From a virus (taxonomy: Duplodnaviria; Caudoviricetes), in the IMG/VR virus record IMGVR_UViG_3300017766_001736, positions 1-25,664 of that record: a DNA stretch of 25,664 bases, one strand, 5' to 3'. Both the position numbers and the translations under genes were made by a program. This document shows, one piece after another, positions 24,309-25,664 of this stretch (position 1 is the stretch's first letter; each line of letters begins with the position of its first letter). The notes under the pieces were generated by a model. The model was not told the DNA's origin. It saw only the letters and a list, made by a program, of their open reading frames with translations, and did not search any database.

Positions 24309-25664
24309 TTATTTACAAGATAAATCTTCAAGTAAATCATTTGTAAGTTCTTCAGCTGTTACATCATTAGATGAAGCTTTATTAATAGCATTTTCAATTG
24401 CTTTTTTGTCACCAATAAAATCAGTTAATGCATTAATTGTTTCTGTAACTGTCTGTTTATCAATTGCATCCAAAACCTCTTGTGTTTTTTCTGCTTGTTT
24501 TACTTCCTCAATTCCCATTGTTGTAACGTGTTTATCCATTTCAGGTAAAGTTAATGTTTTTTCATCATTTCCGTATGTAAAAGATACTGATTTTTCATCA
24601 GATTTCAAAACAGTTAATGTACTACCTGTATCAGCAAACACCTTATCTTTATCCATTATTGGTTCTTTAACAATTACTGTATCACCTTTTTGAAGATTAA
24701 GTTCAGATGCTTTTGTAGCTGTAACATTATTTTCTAAAGTAGCTAGTTCTGTAAATATTTTTTTAGATGCTAAATTAAATAATTCTAAATCTGATTTAGT
24801 TTTTCTGCCTTCTTCAAGTGAGTAACCTGCTACATTTGCTAATCTTTTTGCAGTTGCTTCTTTATTTAAAGATATTTTTTCATTACCTTTTATTTTAGAT
24901 TCATCTAGTACTCTCAAAGAACTTTGATTCTGAAGAACTTCTTTAGATATAATACTGCTTAAAGCAATTGCATCTGTTTCTGTAATATTTTTATTAAGAA
25001 AATTTTGAACAGCATTAATTTGTTTAAATCCATATCCTGATTCAGAATCAACACTGTTTCCTTTTATAACCCAATTACCTTGATCTCCAAAAAACGGATA
25101 CCACTGACCTTTAACTTTAGTATCTGTACCAGAAGTAGATTGATAAAATGGTACTTGTATACCATCTATATTAACGACAACTCCCCATCTTCCTTGTGTT
25201 AAACTGAATATTTGTTTTCCATCTACTTCTATAAGATAGTTATTAGAAAATAACCTTTCTATAAAATCTTTTACAGATTCATCAGGCTTTCTTTCTATAT
25301 CAGCTTTAGCATCTGTAGTACCAACAGTAGATAATTCTGCATCATATTTTTCTTTAAGCTTTTCTTTAACTTTATTTTGATTCCAGCCTTCTACTACTTC
25401 TTCTTCACCTTTTGCATTAGTGTACACTCCATAGTAACCACTATCAGTTGAATAATTAAAACGTATATTGCTATATGCTTTATTTCTTCTTTTTTCTATT
25501 TCTGTAGTATCTAGTACTGGTTCAACAACTGATTTATTTTCAGTAGTTTTTTCTATAGCAGCTAATTCTGCATCATATTTAGTTACAGCATTTAAAACTT
25601 CATTATAATAATTATCTGCACTTACATTGTATGCTTTTGCAGAAGTCTCAATATTTGGTCTATT
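24309..25664 (-). CDS. Large putative virion cargo protein, C-terminal part (5'-truncated)
   Basis: The frame stays open from the ORF-track GTG 25427 to the window edge (79 more codons: NRPNIETSAKAYNV...TKYDAELAAIEK...TEIEKRRNKAY...), giving 451 visible aa; KYDAEL repeats; ends LLEDLSCK. Confidence 0.8.
   Translation of the reverse strand, partial: NRPNIETSAKAYNVSADNYYNEVLNAVTKYDAELAAIEKTTENKSVVEPVLDTTEIEKRRNKAYSNIRFNYSTDSGYYGVYTNAKGEEEVVEGWNQNKVKEKLKEKYDAELSTVGTTDAKADIERKPDESVKDFIERLFSNNYLIEVDGKQIFSLTQGRWGVVVNIDGIQVPFYQSTSGTDTKVKGQWYPFFGDQGNWVIKGNSVDSESGYGFKQINAVQNFLNKNITETDAIALSSIISKEVLQNQSSLRVLDESKIKGNEKISLNKEATAKRLANVAGYSLEEGRKTKSDLELFNLASKKIFTELATLENNVTATKASELNLQKGDTVIVKEPIMDKDKVFADTGSTLTVLKSDEKSVSFTYGNDEKTLTLPEMDKHVTTMGIEEVKQAEKTQEVLDAIDKQTVTETINALTDFIGDKKAIENAINKASSNDVTAEELTNDLLEDLSCK
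25332..25349 (-). repeat. 18-nt direct repeat, copy 2 (encodes KYDAEL)
   Basis: + strand TAATTCTGCATCATATTT, identical to 25563-25580. Confidence 0.85.
25563..25580 (-). repeat. 18-nt direct repeat, copy 1 (encodes KYDAEL)
   Basis: + strand TAATTCTGCATCATATTT, identical to 25332-25349; offset 231 nt, in frame. Confidence 0.85.

Larger units (their letters stand above)
1..25664. other. crAss-like (Crassvirales-type) bacteriophage genome segment
   Basis: Giant single-chain RNAP with RIPxQG...GADYDVDK flanked by two other giant ORFs, convergent with a PolB / PD-(D/E)XK / AAA / DUF932 block; dense coding, A-rich starts mostly without SD and a TAnnTTTG box suggest a Bacteroidota host. No host housekeeping genes or integrase seen. 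Confidence 0.88.

Noticed and set aside
12303-24693. Short + strand ORFs and the alternate-frame ORF 21885-22100 inside the giant genes
   Set aside because: Shadow frames caused by codon bias; no motifs or expression signals.
25425-25427. GTG start of the 372-aa ORF
   Set aside because: The frame is open to the window edge, so the gene starts upstream.
1-25664. Stop-codon reassignment as in some crAss-like phages
   Set aside because: All genes read through intact in the standard bacterial code; TAG (3676-3678, 9845-9847) and TGA (9653-9655) fall at sensible gene ends.

Overview
AT-rich fragment of a lytic dsDNA phage with crAss-like (Crassvirales-type, probably Bacteroidota-infecting) organisation, made of two convergent blocks. 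The + strand (1-9807) is a replication/metabolism module: end of a probable VWA-like gene, a MoxR-like AAA+ ATPase split by a group I intron (527-1573) carrying a GIY-YIG homing endonuclease in the P1 loop, a PD-(D/E)XK exonuclease, a family B DNA polymerase ending in the clamp-binding motif QLSLF, a DUF932-like protein, a MazG-like NTP pyrophosphatase and small ORFs. The - strand (9845-25664) encodes giant putative virion-ejected proteins: a 5'-truncated repeat-containing protein, a 3681-aa single-chain two-barrel RNA polymerase with fused zincin and SLOG-like domains, a 1090-aa protein with a TM segment, and a 44-aa basic peptide. Most striking: the three giant proteins are Cys-free except for single Cys residues at their adjoining termini (possible head-to-tail disulfide chain); short linker repeats (KYDAEL/ADIER, TQPS) delimit apparently swappable domains; the intron guide sequence is a 21-nt antisense copy of the exon junction; and two unrelated proteins share a C-terminal tag. 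All family calls come from motif recognition by eye; no database searches were run.
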